The notes below the pieces were generated by a model. It had not been told where the DNA came from, did no database searches, and saw only the letters and a program-made list of their open reading frames with translations. Shown here one piece after another: positions 13,733 to 26,980 of a stretch of 64,000 nt of DNA (position 1 is its first letter; the number at the start of each line of letters is the position of its first letter). The DNA is taken from contig OZ024748.1 in NCBI GenBank assembly GCA_964016885.1, positions 16,616,001-16,680,000 on the forward strand. The letters run 5' to 3'. The DNA is from Eledone cirrhosa (lineage: Eukaryota). Made by a program: the position numbers and the translations under genes.

Positions 13733-14085
13733 CTACCTACCAAATTCCACTCACAAGGCATTGCTTAACTCCTTAGCATTTAAACCAGCTGTATCTGAGC
13801 AGAATTCTCTCCACTCTTTCTGTTCAAACCAGCCACAACCAGCTGCTCATACTTAAGGTATTGTTCTCAAAACAAATAATATCAAAATCTTGTTGATTAG
13901 ATATTATGAGAGATAATGTGTTTACTGTGAAAATACAATAGTAAATATAGAGTAATGTAAATGCTAAAGGGTTAAAATAAGGCTCTGGTAGAAGACCCTT
14001 TCCCAAGGTGCCATGCAGTGGGACTGAATCCAAAACCATTTGATTATGAAACAAACGCCTCAGCCACACAACCATGCCTGCACCT
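13733..14085 (-). mobile_element. tRNA-derived SINE family C (split by a piggyBac MITE); another copy at about 23005-23135 (-)
   Basis: Minus strand GGTGCAGGCATGGTTGTGTGG...GGATTCAGTCCCACTGCATGGCACCTTGGG...CCTTGTGAGTGGAATTTGGT. Confidence 0.7.
13765..13975. mobile_element. piggyBac-type MITE (same family) inserted in a SINE
   Basis: TTAA|CTCCTTAGCATTT...AAATGCTAAAGGG|TTAA. It interrupts SINE family C. Confidence 0.8.
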
Positions 14086-14417
14086 TGCTGAATTTTTACT
14101 TGCATTTTTTTCTCCACTTTCTCATTTTCCAATTTTTTTTTTTTAAAGATTGCAATTATTTTGACCATAATCTCTTCAATATGTTTTAAGCACGTGTCAA
14201 GTACAAAAAATGTTTATCTCAGCTGCTAAGAATGACCATTTTTTTTTTTATTTTCTCTCATAATGGTTTTTCATCAATAATATTGATTTTTGTCTACTAC
14301 TAACATCTCCATTGTTAAGTTTTAGTTTTGTTTTTTTTCTATTTAAAAAATAATTATAGGTGCAGGCATGGCAGTCTGCTTAAGGAGATATTATTATTAT
14401 CATTATTATTATTATAA

Positions 14418-15490
14418 GGGTGGGGGATTGGCAGTATTGGTAAAGGGACGGACGCCATGCTTTTCAGCATAGAGTTACGGCCCTTTACGGTCTGATTTGA
14501 AATCCTGCCGAGGTTAGCTTTGCCTTCCATCCTTACAGGGGTTGATAAAATAAAGTACCAGTGATGTACTGGTGTTGATTTAATCGACTTTCCCCTCCCC
14601 CCAAATTACTGGCCTTGTGCCTATACTAGAAATTATTATTACTAGCAGAAAAGCCACACTCGGGTGGTTTTCTGCTAGCATGTGTAGTGTGTATATTGAT
14701 ATTATACGCAGGTATATATACATGTAGATATGATACATCAAATAAAATCGCAATTGACAATATATACAGAAATTGAACGAAGACTGCGTTACACTGTCTT
14801 ATGTAATCAGTAACGTAATCCATGATACATTAAAAAAGACGATATTATATATAAACTGCATTAGGAGAAAATTAGTGACGGAAATATATGAATGTTTATT
14901 TAAGTGATCGCTAACCGGAAGTGTTGACATTTGAAAGAAGTGTTGAAATTTTAAAGAAGCGAATCTTAAAATAAGCAACAAAATTATTTATATTTAATCA
15001 AGAATAACGAAATTTACTAGATAAATTATGTAATATTCATTCATTATTTATTCAAAGTAATCCAACTTATTTTACAAACGGGATAAAAAAATATATTCTG
15101 GACGCAGTCCCACACTCCTTACTTTATTACAGTTTAGATTATTATTATTATTATAAGGGTGGGTATTGGCAATATCAGTAGACTGTTGGATAACATGCTT
15201 GACAGCATAGAGTTATGGGCTGTTATATTGAGTTCAAATCCCACTAAGGTTAGCTTTGCCTTTCATCGTTATGGGGTCAATAAAATAAAGCACCAGTAAT
15301 GCACTGGGGTCGTTATAATCAACTTTCCTCTGCCCCAAATATTGCTGGCTTTGTGCCCATAGCAGAAAATGGCAATAAATTGGCAGAGTCATTTGAGCAT
15401 CAGTCAAAGGCTTAGCAGTATCCGTTTTGGCTCTTCAGATTCTGAGTTCAAATCCTGCTGAGGTCAACTTTCCATTCTATTCTTCCTGCC
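14418..15490 (+). mobile_element. SINE B array interrupted by a Helitron
   Basis: Units at about 14418-14640, 15157-15370 and 15378-15485. Confidence 0.8.
14642..15138 (-). mobile_element. Non-autonomous Helitron
   Basis: Minus strand starts A|TCTAAACTG and ends with a GC-containing hairpin plus CTAG|T. No TSD. It splits an (ATT)n linker between two SINE units. Confidence 0.7.
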
Positions 15491-16008
15491 AAAAAAAAAA
15501 AAAAAATCACTACGATTTCCAGTTATCTTTTTGAATTATGAAAAATTTGGATTCAATTATATAACTAAAAAATGTCTTATTAAACTGGCGTTTGGCACAT
15601 AAATTAAATATTCTTATACAATATGGTGAGAAGGGAAGTTTAAGGGTTAAATATAAACGCATTAAAATTAAATCTTTGTATCACAGTACCAGGGGCAGTT
15701 TTAAGTAGTTTAGGATCAAAAGGGTTAACAAGTATAAAATTTGTAGCCCTATATCTTTTATTAATCCAATCCAATCCAGGACCTTCTCACTCCTGTTGGA
15801 GGAATCCCTTAGTGGTTAACCTCCATCGTTGACTTTTTGGTTTTGGTCATGTCTTCAGGAGTGTAGCCATACTCACGACACTTGGCCAATTGCAGGTCAA
15901 TGAGGCTAGTTATTGGGTAGATAACCTTTGAATCTGAGGAGTACATCTTCCCCCTTTACAGCTCTTGGTTTTGTGCTACTGGGGTTCCACTTACCCTCCT
16001 CACCATAT

Positions 16009-16303
16009 CAGTGTCTGGTAGGGGAGCCAGTTCAGTCACTGACCACTCAACCAGGTTATACTGGGTCACATGATACCAATAGCAGACTGAAGCCTGACCT
16101 GACCAGACCAGTGTCTAGTGAGGGCGCTTGTTTAATCACTGATCATGCATCCATGAAGTAGGTTATATTGAATTACATGGTACCTGTAGCAGGCTGAAGT
16201 CTGACCAGACCAGGATCTAGTGAGGGAGCTGGTTTAGTCACTGATCACTCAACCATGAAGCAGGTTATACTTGGTTTCATGGTACCTGTAGCAGACAGAA
16301 GCC
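16009..16303. repeat. ~100-bp diverged tandem repeat, ~3 copies
   Basis: TGACCAGACCAG..TCTAGTGAGGG at 16100 and 16202. GTCACTGA(C/T)CACTCAACCA recurs. Confidence 0.8.
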
Positions 16304-18100
16304 TATTATTATTACTATTATTTAATTCCAACATATTGCTACTATTAATATTTACTGTAATTTTCTGGCTGAGAATTCAAAATTAAATGTCTTTGTTTTG
16401 TTTTTTTATTGGTTGTTTTTTGTCTGTTCGTTCCATATTTTTGTTATTACTCTTGTTTTTTGCTATGTTTTATTATTCATAAATTTATTTCTTAATATAT
16501 TGACTGATTAAAAAAGAGAAGAAAGCAGCAGTATTTTAATTTATAGCTGAAAGAAGTCGAACAGTAAAGATATATATGAGAGAGACAGCTGGCAATGGTA
16601 TTGTGTGGAATGGAGTGAAGGAGAGGAAAATAATATGAAAATAGTCTCGAAAAATTAAACTGAAATTAATATGTTTGGTCTTTTATTTAAAATAATTTGT
16701 TTAAATATCAAAATAATTAATGCTATATCAAGTTTACTTTTAATTAATCTGAAGTGAAAATTATTAATAACAATTGTACTTTTTGCTCTCTTCTAATTAA
16801 TTATTCTATACCTTTCAATATGTTGGTAAAAATTAAATTTCCCTCCACAAAAAATGTTTGTATATTTTTTTACATTTATTTTTGGTTCGTTATTATTATT
16901 ATTTTATTTTTTTGCTTTAAAAAAAAAAAAATTTTATTTTTAAATTATTATTTTACTAAAAAAAGATATATTTTTTATTTTTACTTTAAAATTATTATTT
17001 TGCTATTTCAGGAATGTTTTATTATTATCATTATTATTAGAAATATGAAAAATCAAGCTAACAAAATGCAATTTAAATTACTGTAGTAAAATATATTTGT
17101 TGTTGCGGTGTTTTTCTGATGAGGAACTAATGTTCAAATTATGCAGCAATGAAGGTATGAAAACAGAAACAAACAAAATAACATTCTCATAATTGGGCCA
17201 TTATTTTTCATCAATCTACTGACATGGTGATACCTTTTGCCAGCATCATCATTTTACATAGGATTTTACAATGTCATTTTTCTTTTATTCTTCAAGAGAA
17301 TTCTCCATCATAATTTTTTCTATCACCACTGTCACTAACATCATCATCATTATCTCACTATCATCATCATCATCATCATCATCTCACTATCAATATCATC
17401 CTCATCATCAATGTCATAATCGCAATCACAGTGATTGTTGCCATCATAAATTGCTGTTCCCACCACCACCACCACCACCAGTGCCACAACCACCACCACC
17501 ATCACCACCACCACCACCATGGCCATCACCACTGCTACCACCAATGCCACTGCCACTTCTACCAGCAGCACCACTGCCGCCATCAACACCACTATCATCA
17601 GCATAACAGCCACCAGCAATGTCACTGCCACTACCAGCAATGATGAACATAATTCAAGAATTAGACACAACATATATCACAACAGTTACTTCCATTCTTC
17701 CTACCATTTCTCACAACCATATTACCTCTTCTTCTCAAATCATATTTCATTGAAATATATTTTAGAATTACTTTCAGCTGCACTTATATAAAATTACTAA
17801 ATTATTAACCTTTTTGATACCAGCCGAGCTCAACCCAGCCCAGCCGAGCTCAACCCAGCCAAGCACAAGGCCAAAACATTGTTGGAAGGGCAAGGACAGG
17901 GGAAAAGTTGAGTAAATCAACCCCAGTAAATAACCAGTAGCTTATTTTATTGATCTCAGAAGCAGGGCTGGACATTTACCTCTTGAGGCCCAAGATTGTA
18001 TGAAATTTGAGGCCCTTCTCTAACAATTTTTTTTTAATTTTCATATTAATGTTATTGATAAATAATATATATATATATATATTATATAATGTTATTGATA

Positions 18101-18136
<36 letters not shown>

Positions 18137-18139
<3 letters not shown>

Positions 18140-18440
18140 GAGGCACATGTCCTAGTGGTTAGGGTTTTGGACTTACAATCATAATGTTGTGGGCTCGATT
18201 CCTGGGTTGCGTGTTGTGTTCTTGAGCAAAACACTTCATTTCACATTGCTCCAGTATACTCAGCTGAAAATAAGTACCTGCAAAAGCTGGGGGTTTAACC
18301 CTGCGATGGACTGGAGGTTTAACCCTGCGATGGACTGGCATCCTTTCCAGGGGACAGTCTTGTACTATCAGTCGCTTCAGGCCATGAAACTGGGATAAGT
18401 ACCGGCCGAATGAGCCTTCTGGCTTGAGACAGACTTTAGA
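18137..18440 (+). mobile_element. tRNA-derived SINE family A
   Basis: A box CCTAGTGGTTAGG, B box GGCTCGATTCC, core TTGAGCAAAACACTTCATTTCAC. Has an internal ~25-bp duplication. Confidence 0.85.
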
Positions 18441-19462
18441 CACACACATATATATATATACATATATATAATTTGACAATTTAGTATTAAAGAATAAAAA
18501 CTAATGATAAAATAAAAAATATATTTCTAAAAACTGAGGCTCCCGTGGGTGTGGCTCTAAGCTATAACATTGCACAAAAGGATAAAAGTGAAAATATATC
18601 TTTGAAGTATTTGAACTCAAAACGACAAGAGCTAGAACTCTACTGCCATTCCCCACTCGACCACACTTCCATGCCCCTCTCTCTCAACATTCCTATTCCC
18701 CACTCCACTTCTATCCCCCTCTCGCTTCACTACCACCACCCACCCCTCTCATCCCCCCACCCCCCACCCCCACTCCAATCCCCTCTCTCACCACTCCAAC
18801 CCCCTCCCTTTCTCTCTAATTCGTTCGTCACTCAGAATCAGCTACACCATGTTGCGCGAAGGGCATAAATTGGTTGGTTGGAGATGGTGAGGTGTGGTGG
18901 AGGGAAGGGAGAGAAACCACTCATCATTCTCTCTTCCTTAAGGAAACAGGGTTTGGGTTGGTTTGGAGGGGGGGGGGGGGGGCGGGCAGAGGAAGGCGAT
19001 TCTAGCTAAGCCCAGTTTGGCGGTGTGCTGTTTGTATGGATAACAAGAGGTGCTACAATGAAGACGCAAAAACAAAAAAGACAACAACAAAACAAAACAA
19101 AACAAAACAAAACAAACAGACTGAACATTCCAAGATAATATCGATGATGCTTAGAACAACCGCAGGGAGCGATACCATTCCATCTTCCTCATTACAATAT
19201 TGGGAACTAGTGATTATTACCAGAAAATGAAAACATGCAAAGATTTTCAATTTTCAACTTGTTCTTAGATACACTTGAAATAATCAATGGATTCTACTTG
19301 ATGTGATAACGTTTGACTTGTAGGAACATAGCTATAAATATATATATTGATGCATATTGTAAAGGATATACACGCATTGATGTATATTGTAGAAAATATA
19401 CACACATTGATACTTTATATGTCATTTATATTTGTCTTTGGTTAATGGAAAACATGCATATT

Positions 19463-19527
19463 TCACACACATACATTTTCATATAGACCTTCATATAGAA
19501 ACAGCCATATATATATATACATACATG

Positions 19528-19576
<49 letters not shown>

Positions 19577-19910
19577 ATATACATACGCACATATATACAT
19601 ACACATTTTGATATAGTCCATATAGAAACAGCCATATATATATACATACATGCTTTTATATATATATATATATACATACGCACACATTTTGATATAGTCC
19701 ATATAGAAACAGCCATTTATATATACACATATATGATGATATATACATATATGATGATATATACATACACACACATTTTGATATAGTCCATATAGAAACA
19801 GTCATATATATATACATACATGCTTTTATATATATATATATATATATACATACGCACACATTTTGATATAGTCCATATAGAAACAGCCATTTGTATATAC
19901 ACACATGCAT
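19463..19910. repeat. Composite tandem repeat (unique core plus variable TA tract), ~5 copies
   Basis: ACACATTTTGATATAGTCCATATAGAAACAGCCAT repeated. Confidence 0.9.
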
Positions 19911-20396
19911 ATATATACACATACATACATACATAATACACACACACACACACTATATGTATATTAAGGCTAATGTTGATATTCCATATTTTAAAATATG
20001 GCTGTGAATGAATATATATGTATATATAAGTACATGTGTGAGCTTCATTATGTGTGTGTGTGTGAGCGTGAATGTGAATGTGTGTGTGTATAAGTGGGTA
20101 TGGGATGTGTGCAGTTGAGCATGAGTGTGTGTGCTTGAGTATGAGTGTGTGCGAGTACGTGTGTGTGCGCTTGTGCGAGTACGTGTGTGTGTGCTTGTGC
20201 GAGTATGTGTGTGTGTGTGAGAGTGTGTGTGTGCGCGCATGTTTGTGTATAAGTGGGTTTGTGATGTGTGCAGTTGTGCATGAGTGTATGAGTGCGTGAG
20301 GACGTGTGTGTGTGTGTGTGTGTGTGTGTGCATAGGTGTGAGTGTGTGTGAGAGAGAGTGTGCATAGGTGTGTGTGTGAGAGAGAGAGAGAGAGAG

Positions 20397-20428
<32 letters not shown>

Positions 20429-21069
20429 TGTGTGCATAGGTGTGAGTGTGAGTGTGTGTGTGTGAGAGAGAGAGTGTGCATGAGTGTGAGTGTGTGTGGT
20501 TTTATTACGGCTTAGTCAGTGGCCTGTTACTCTGGAGTTTCTCCTCTGTAATTACAGAGTCATCAATTTGTGAAGAATAAAAAGCAGATTTGCCTCAATA
20601 GACTTAAACAGTAGCCTAAAGTGTTGGATCAGTTCTATCAGTTTTGATAAGAAGCATCCAGCTGCTCAGTGAACTGAAAATCTATCTGCTTAATTAATAT
20701 ATAAATGGCTGTGTAGTTCCCAACATGTTCACTGGCCTGAACATTTAACTGGTGAATAAAGAAAAATCTCACACAAAATTGTAAGTGTTAGTAGCTTAAT
20801 GGTTATAAATCTCTTACTCCACTGGACGGTGTTTGGCTTGTGTCAGACATTGTGAAACTGGGTGGACCAGCAGTAACATAGGTAGGAGTCAAAACTACCA
20901 AACTGCATCTCAATGGCTGATAACCCTGGAGTCCTATATCCTTCGTTTGTATTTGTATTTTTAAAGAATAATTTTTTAAGGTTTCCCCTTAAAAAATTGT
21001 TTTTCGTTTTGCCTTATTTTTGTTAATTTAGTTAATTTTCTTCAGTATATATATATATATATATATATA

Positions 21070-21467
21070 AAAAATGGAAAACGAAGAATCAATGATGCAT
21101 CGGAAATCAGTTTATTATGTGTTCCAATTGTTTCCCCAGTGAACAGCTCTAGGTTTGATCTGTGTGTAGATCTAACCTGACTTTGGATTTGCAGGTTCCT
21201 CAGACACGTCTAGTGGTTTCGGAGCAAATTCTGTTTGCTCCGAAACCACTAGACGTGTCTGAGGAACCTGCAAATCCAGAGTCAGGTTAGATCTACACAC
21301 AGATCGAACCTAGAGCTGTTCACTGGGGAAACAATTGGAACATAATAAACGGAGTTCCGATGCATCATTAATTCTTCGTTTTCCTTGTTATCATACTCTG
21401 CTCCGTATGAACATAGAATGCTCAACCAGCATACTGCCTATGAACCCTTCTGAGCTACCATAAGACG
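21070..21467. mobile_element. Penelope-like fold-back element in (TA)n, ~152-bp arms
   Basis: 21076-21228 is the reverse complement of 21234-21384 with a few differences. The centre is GGAGCAAA-TTCTG-TTTGCTCC-GAAAC, and there is an 83-bp unique tail. Confidence 0.75.
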
Positions 21468-21490
21468 TATATATATATATATATATATAT

Positions 21491-21633
21491 CGATCCTGGG
21501 TTCAATCAGGATTGACTACAGTTAGTAAGGTATTCAATACATTAGTAGAATGTAAACAAGTTTAATATAGAAATGGCTTCTACAGGACTAGAAATGTTTC
21601 ATTCTGATGATTTATTTCTAGTCCTGTAGAAGC
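21491..21633 (-). mobile_element. Penelope-like fold-back element (same family as 44320-44509)
   Basis: Shares AGTAAGGTA(C/T)TCAATAC and TTCTACAGGACTAG..GTTTCATTC with the 44320 copy. About 20-bp inverted arms. Confidence 0.7.
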
Positions 21634-22010
21634 AAATCATGAAATAACGACAAAAAGCACATGCTGAGAATATCAGAAGCATGTGCCATTATTTACGGCT
21701 CTTAAATATTCTGTTAGTAGAGCTTTTTTCTGTTGAAAGGATTCGGCTTCTATTTCTAGCTGTCAATAACCCTATTCACAATACTGGCTTGATCGCGGGG
21801 CAATGTGTATTGTTTAAAACCACATGTGATTTTTGTCGTTATTTCATGATTTACTTTTAGTGTGTAATCGTAGATAGTTAAATCTTTTCCTTTGCCAATG
21901 ATCCAAGATTTGACATCTGTGATTCACCAATTAATGGTGAAATATATTTCTTGCAAGCAGGGAAAAGCGGACGTAAAAAGATGACGATGATGAATATATA
22001 CAAATGAGAT

Positions 22011-22284
22011 CAAGGGCCTTGTTTCAAGGGGGTACCAGGGGACAAGTCCCCACCACTTTTTCAAACGTCTATATTTTATTTTTTGTTTGTTTGATATAAA
22101 AAATACTTTTTAAGCTTATTTCTTTATATCTTTACTTCATTTGAATATATAAAATTTAATTAGCGTAAAATTTTACTTACGTGACAGGGTCCAGGAAAGG
22201 TACCATAACCAATTTTTGCTCCTTTAAGCATCAACAAATGTTGGTTTGTCCCCCCTCACATTTTTAAGGTAAACGAGGCCTCTG
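22011..22284. mobile_element. hAT-type MITE
   Basis: Imperfect TIRs CAAGGGCCTTGTTT / AAACGAGGCCTCTG. Flanking 8-bp repeats AATGAGAT / AAGGAGAT match at 7 of 8. Confidence 0.6.
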
Positions 22285-22427
22285 AAGGAGATTAATCATT
22301 ATTGCAAGGTATCTATATTTAAGGTTCTCGTTAATTTTTAATATGTTACCTCCGTAACTATGTGTGTTTACACTCTTTATAAATTATCCCCTGTAATTTT
22401 TTGATGTGTTTACTTTATATATATATA

Positions 22428-22705
22428 CTAGCAGAATGACCCGGCGTTGCTTGGGATTCTAAACATAGATTGGTATGTTTATCCCTCCTTTCGGAAACAG
22501 TTTCGTCGTATGTTCACCAATTGATGCAGAAGTCCTGATAAAAAGTGAAGTCATCTTGGGTGAATAGGTAAATAATTTTCCGTTAAGATTTTTCAAATTG
22601 CGTTCCCTCTTGTTTTTGTCGTTTTTGCTGCTGTTGGTGTGATAGCGGCCGTTGGTTGTACTACTAATACAGTCTCGTCCTTCTTCAGCCAATTGTGTAT
22701 ATAGA
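22428..22705 (-). mobile_element. Non-autonomous Helitron
   Basis: Minus strand A|TCTATATACAC...CCCAAGCAACGCCGGG hairpin-TCATTCTG-CTAG|T. Confidence 0.65.
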
Positions 22706-24203
22706 TGTCAATCGATATATAGATGTTAATCGATTTTTAATTTAATGTTAATAAATGCTCAGATCGATTCCTTAGAATCTTTGAGCTTATTCCACAGGTG
22801 ATATGGTGCATGTTTCTGATATTCTCAGACATGACATCTTTAATTTAATTTTGGTAGTGTATATATACATATGTATGTGGCTGAGAGAAAAGAGTACTCA
22901 ATAATGAAGAAGAGTTTTAATAATCTTTTTATTAAGGTTAACATGAGCTAGAGTGCGCAGCCATAATTACAGAATATGTATACACACACATACTGAAGAT
23001 TCTCTCCACCAAATTCCACTTGCATTAGTCAAGCTAAATAGGAAATCCTTGCTCAAGGTGCTGAGCAGCAGAACTCAACCTAGAACCACATTTTTTCAAG
23101 CAAGCTCTGTAACCATACCATGATGCCTGCACCTATACAGTTTTACTTTTATTTTTTAAAACAATAATTTAATTGTGTTTTATTTTGGAAGGCGGTATTT
23201 GTTTTCCCTTTTGTTACATTTTTAAAAATGCAAAATTGTGAAGAATAAAACAATAGTTACATTCAAATTTTGATTTAAGCTACAAATTTGTAGTATGTTA
23301 AAATATCTCAAACTTCAATCTATCTAAAATATACACGAGAATATATCGCAATATTATGAGAACATAAAATATATAACTGTCAAATTTTGAGAAATTATGT
23401 CCTTGTATTTTTCATGTGTTTTATTATTTTTATTTTAACTATATTTTATATGTGTGTGTGTGTGTGTGTTTTCAAAAAAACTAAGATGCTTCTTTTAGTT
23501 CTTGTGGACAACACAGAGAGAGAGAGAGAGAGACTGTAACAAAATATTTTTATAAAACTATAGAAATATAATTTATATCGGGGTTTGTCTAAAAATACTT
23601 CAAATAATGATTTCTAACTATAATTATGATTTCTAACGAGATATTTAAAATGATTAAACAAAACACACACACGCACACAAAAATATAGATGAATTGACAG
23701 GCAATTGATAATGATAAAGAGGCGGTGTGATTGGTATGAGAGAAATACTACCTCTAACTCTCTAGCATGGTTTTTGTTTATTGCTATTGTTATTTCCCTG
23801 TGAAAAGGGAAAAGATTATGTGCTCAGTGGGATAAGAATTCAGGGCCCTGGATTGGCAGAATCATTATTATGGTGGAACCATAAGTTATTATGGTGGAAC
23901 CAAGAATTCAGGGTGGTGGATTGGCAGAATCATTATTATGGTGGAACCATAAGTTATTATGGTGGAACCAAGAATTCAGGGTGGTGGATTGGCAATATCT
24001 GTAGAGGGTCGGACGCCATGCTTTGCAGCATAGAGTTATGGCCCTTTATGATCTTAGTTCAAATCCCGCCAAGATTAACTTTGCCTTTACATCCTTACGG
24101 GGTCGATAAAATCAAGTACCAGTCACACACTGGGGTCGATTTAATCGACTTTCCCCTCCCCCCAAAATTACTGGCATTGTGCCTATATAAGAAACCATTA
24201 TTA

Positions 24204-24919
24204 TGGTGGAACCAAGGTTCAGGAACTTAATTTGTTCTTGAAGACCGTTTGTACTCGAAATGTTCGTAAACAGAAAATATTTATCCCATACGAAATGTTG
24301 AGAGAAATACAGTGAAGGGGAGAGTGAGAGAATGTACCGTATTTCCCGGCACCGAAGACACTTAGTCCTTGAGGACACACCCTAATTTTGACAACCAAAA
24401 ATTAAAAAAAAAAAAACTGTTTCTACTTTTGACACAAAGCCAGCAATTAACCAGTACATTACTGGTACTTTATTTTATCGACCCCGTAAGGATGAAAGGC
24501 AAAGTTAACCTCAGCAGGATTTGAACTCAGACCATAAAGAGGTGTAACTCTTTGCTGCAAAGCATGATTTCAGACCCTCTACCTATATTGCCAATCCACC
24601 AATTTGAAAAAAAAAAAAATAATAAACAACCTTCGGCCTCCAGGACGCATGATAGATTTTTGAGACTCATTTTAGGAAAAAAGTAGCGTCTTCGATGCCA
24701 GGAAATATGGTATATGAAATACAGATAGATATCACCATAGTATCTACACAGCAAGTGACACTTTCCCTCTGATATTCCAAGCTTATTGCCAATCATTGTA
24801 GCTGGTTGTTTATTCATTACTCGAGACACCATTCATGAACCAAAATGTATTATGTTCAGAAAAATTAGTGAACTGATTTATTCATGATGAGAGGTTTTCA
24901 TGAAACGAGGTTCCACTAT
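24204..24919. mobile_element. Tigger/pogo-like MITE hosting the Tc2-like MITE
   Basis: Left GGTGGAACCAAGGTTCA and right TGAAACGAGGTTCCACTATA resemble CAGTGGAACCTCG Tigger-type TIRs. Confidence 0.5.
24337..24710. mobile_element. Tc2/pogo-like MITE (CCGTA termini, TA TSD) carrying an internal SINE
   Basis: TA|CCGTATTTCCCGGCACCGAAGAC ... GTCTTCGATGCCAGGAAATATGG|TA, with a minus-strand SINE B at about 24440-24602. Confidence 0.75.
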
Positions 24920-25159
24920 ATTAATGGATTCTCAAGGATGGTGGGTTGAGAGTAAACGATGGAGCATCAGATATCATGCTTTGTGGCATATAGTTACATC
25001 CCATGTGAGAAAAGTAGAAACAATTATTCCTTCACTGATGGCTCGCCTAATAGAGGTAATTGGCGTATCTCGCAAGGGAGCTTGGTTGTCGCCTGGCCAT
25101 CACCCGAGACAACACTGCGAGTGTGCTGGCTTGCCTCAAAAATCATTAGAGAGGTTGCC

Positions 25160-25495
25160 CAGTCATCATCATCATCACTCGTCGACTACTGTCGAGATGA
25201 TGGATCTCACTCTCATGCCCCAGAATCCCCTGTCCCCCATCGCTGCCCCCAGGTCCTGTCTGCTGATTCCCATATCCCTAGAGATAACGTCAGGGAACGA
25301 CAGCTTCCTACTCCTAGTCAGGCTGGAGTCAGGGTTCCAGAGCAAGAGAGCAGATATGATTTCATTGCTGGCATGGTGACAGTGGCCAGCAAATTGAGCT
25401 CTCCGGGATTTTAGAAGGGCAGAGGCTCGAGGGAGTTTGCCATAGATTTTAGACAAGGTGGGATGTCGTTTCCAGGATAGGTTTTGCACTCTCAG
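25160..25495 (-). pseudogene. RTE-like LINE C-terminal fragment
   Basis: NLSWKRHPTLSKIYGKLP...RRAQFAGHC...LLLW..., followed by a (GAT)n tail on the minus strand. Confidence 0.75.
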
Positions 25496-25763
25496 TACTC
25501 CTCGTGACGCTGCTGTCTTTTGCTCTCATGGTGGCTCGGCTGTCCACCCCTTCCTTTATATTTTCATTAATATTGCAACATTAAAGGAATATAGCCTTCT
25601 GAAAGAATCGGGAGCAATTCATAATGTTATTTGTTATGTTATTCTACTGTAAATTTATTTATATGCTTTGTAGATATGTGTTCGTATTTTCACTCCCACT
25701 TGTAACGTTATTTAATATATAACTATTGTTTATATTTTCATTCTAATACATATTGATTAGTAT

Positions 25764-26115
25764 CGGTGGATTGGCAGTATCGGTGGAGGGTCGGACGCCA
25801 TGCTTTCACGTATAGAGTTACGTCCCTTGCCAATCTGAGTTCAAATCCCGCCGAGGTTAACTTTGCCTTTCATCCTTACGGGGTCGATAAAATAAAGTAC
25901 CAGTAATACACTGGGATAATTGCTGGCCTTGTGCCAAAAGTAGAAACAATTATTATCATTATTGGCAGCATTGGTAGAGAGTCGGACACTATGCTTTATA
26001 GCATAGAGTTACGACCCTTTATGATCTGAGATCAAATTCCGCTGAGGTTAACTTTGCCTTTCATCCTTACGGGGTCGATAAAATAAAGTACCAGTAATGC
26101 ACTGGGGTCGATTTA

Positions 26116-26118
<3 letters not shown>
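25764..26118 (+). mobile_element. SINE B dimer; other copies at about 23985-24200, 39370-39725 (dimer), 45314-45500, 58220-58325 (-), 10155-10240 and 33525-33630
   Basis: Same consensus as 6985-7795. Confidence 0.85.
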
Positions 26119-26155
<37 letters not shown>

Positions 26156-26288
26156 ATGTATGGCATTTTGTCTATGCATACGCTCCTGGGATATGCATTG
26201 CCTTATTGAGCCCCCTGTCTTTACATCATTTTAATGTCTGATTTTCCTGCTAGCAAGGGTTGGATACTGTGTGTGTGTACACGTTTGA

Positions 26289-26320
<32 letters not shown>

Positions 26321-26383
26321 GCGTGCGTGCGTGCGTGCGTGTGTGTGCGTGCGTGCGTGCGTGTTTGTGTGTGTGTGCGTGCG

Positions 26384-26460
<77 letters not shown>

Positions 26461-26550
26461 CTGTGTGTGTGTGCGTCTGTGTGTGTGTGTGTGTGTGTGC
26501 GTCTGTGTGTGTGTGTGCGTCTGTTTGTGTGCGTCTGTTTGTGTGTGCTT

Positions 26551-26586
<36 letters not shown>

Positions 26587-26914
26587 CTGTTTGTGTGTGT
26601 GTGTGTGTGTGTGTGCGTCTGTGTGTGCGTGTGTGCGTCTGTTTGTGTGTGTGTGCGTGTGTGCGTGTGTGCGTGCGTGTGTGCGTGTGTGCGTGCGTGC
26701 GTGCGTGCGTGTGTGTGCGTCTGTTTGTGTGTGTGTATGTGTGCGTGTGCGTGGGCGTGTGTGTGCGTGTGCGTGTGTGTGTGTGTGCGTCTGTTTGTGT
26801 GTGTGTGTGTGTGCGTCTGTTTGTGTGTGTGTGTGTCTGTTTGTGTGTGTCTGTGTGTGTGTGTGTGTGCGTCTGTTTGTGTGTGTGCGTGTGTGTGTTT
26901 GTGCGTGCGCGCGT

Positions 26915-26980
<66 letters not shown>

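Noticed and set aside
17116-17140. CTGATGAGGAAC-TAAT-GTTCAAA
   Set aside because: Lacks G12 and any stem I or III, so it could be chance.
18137-18210. tRNA gene
   Set aside because: A and B boxes are present but continue into the SINE body with no full cloverleaf. It is a SINE head.
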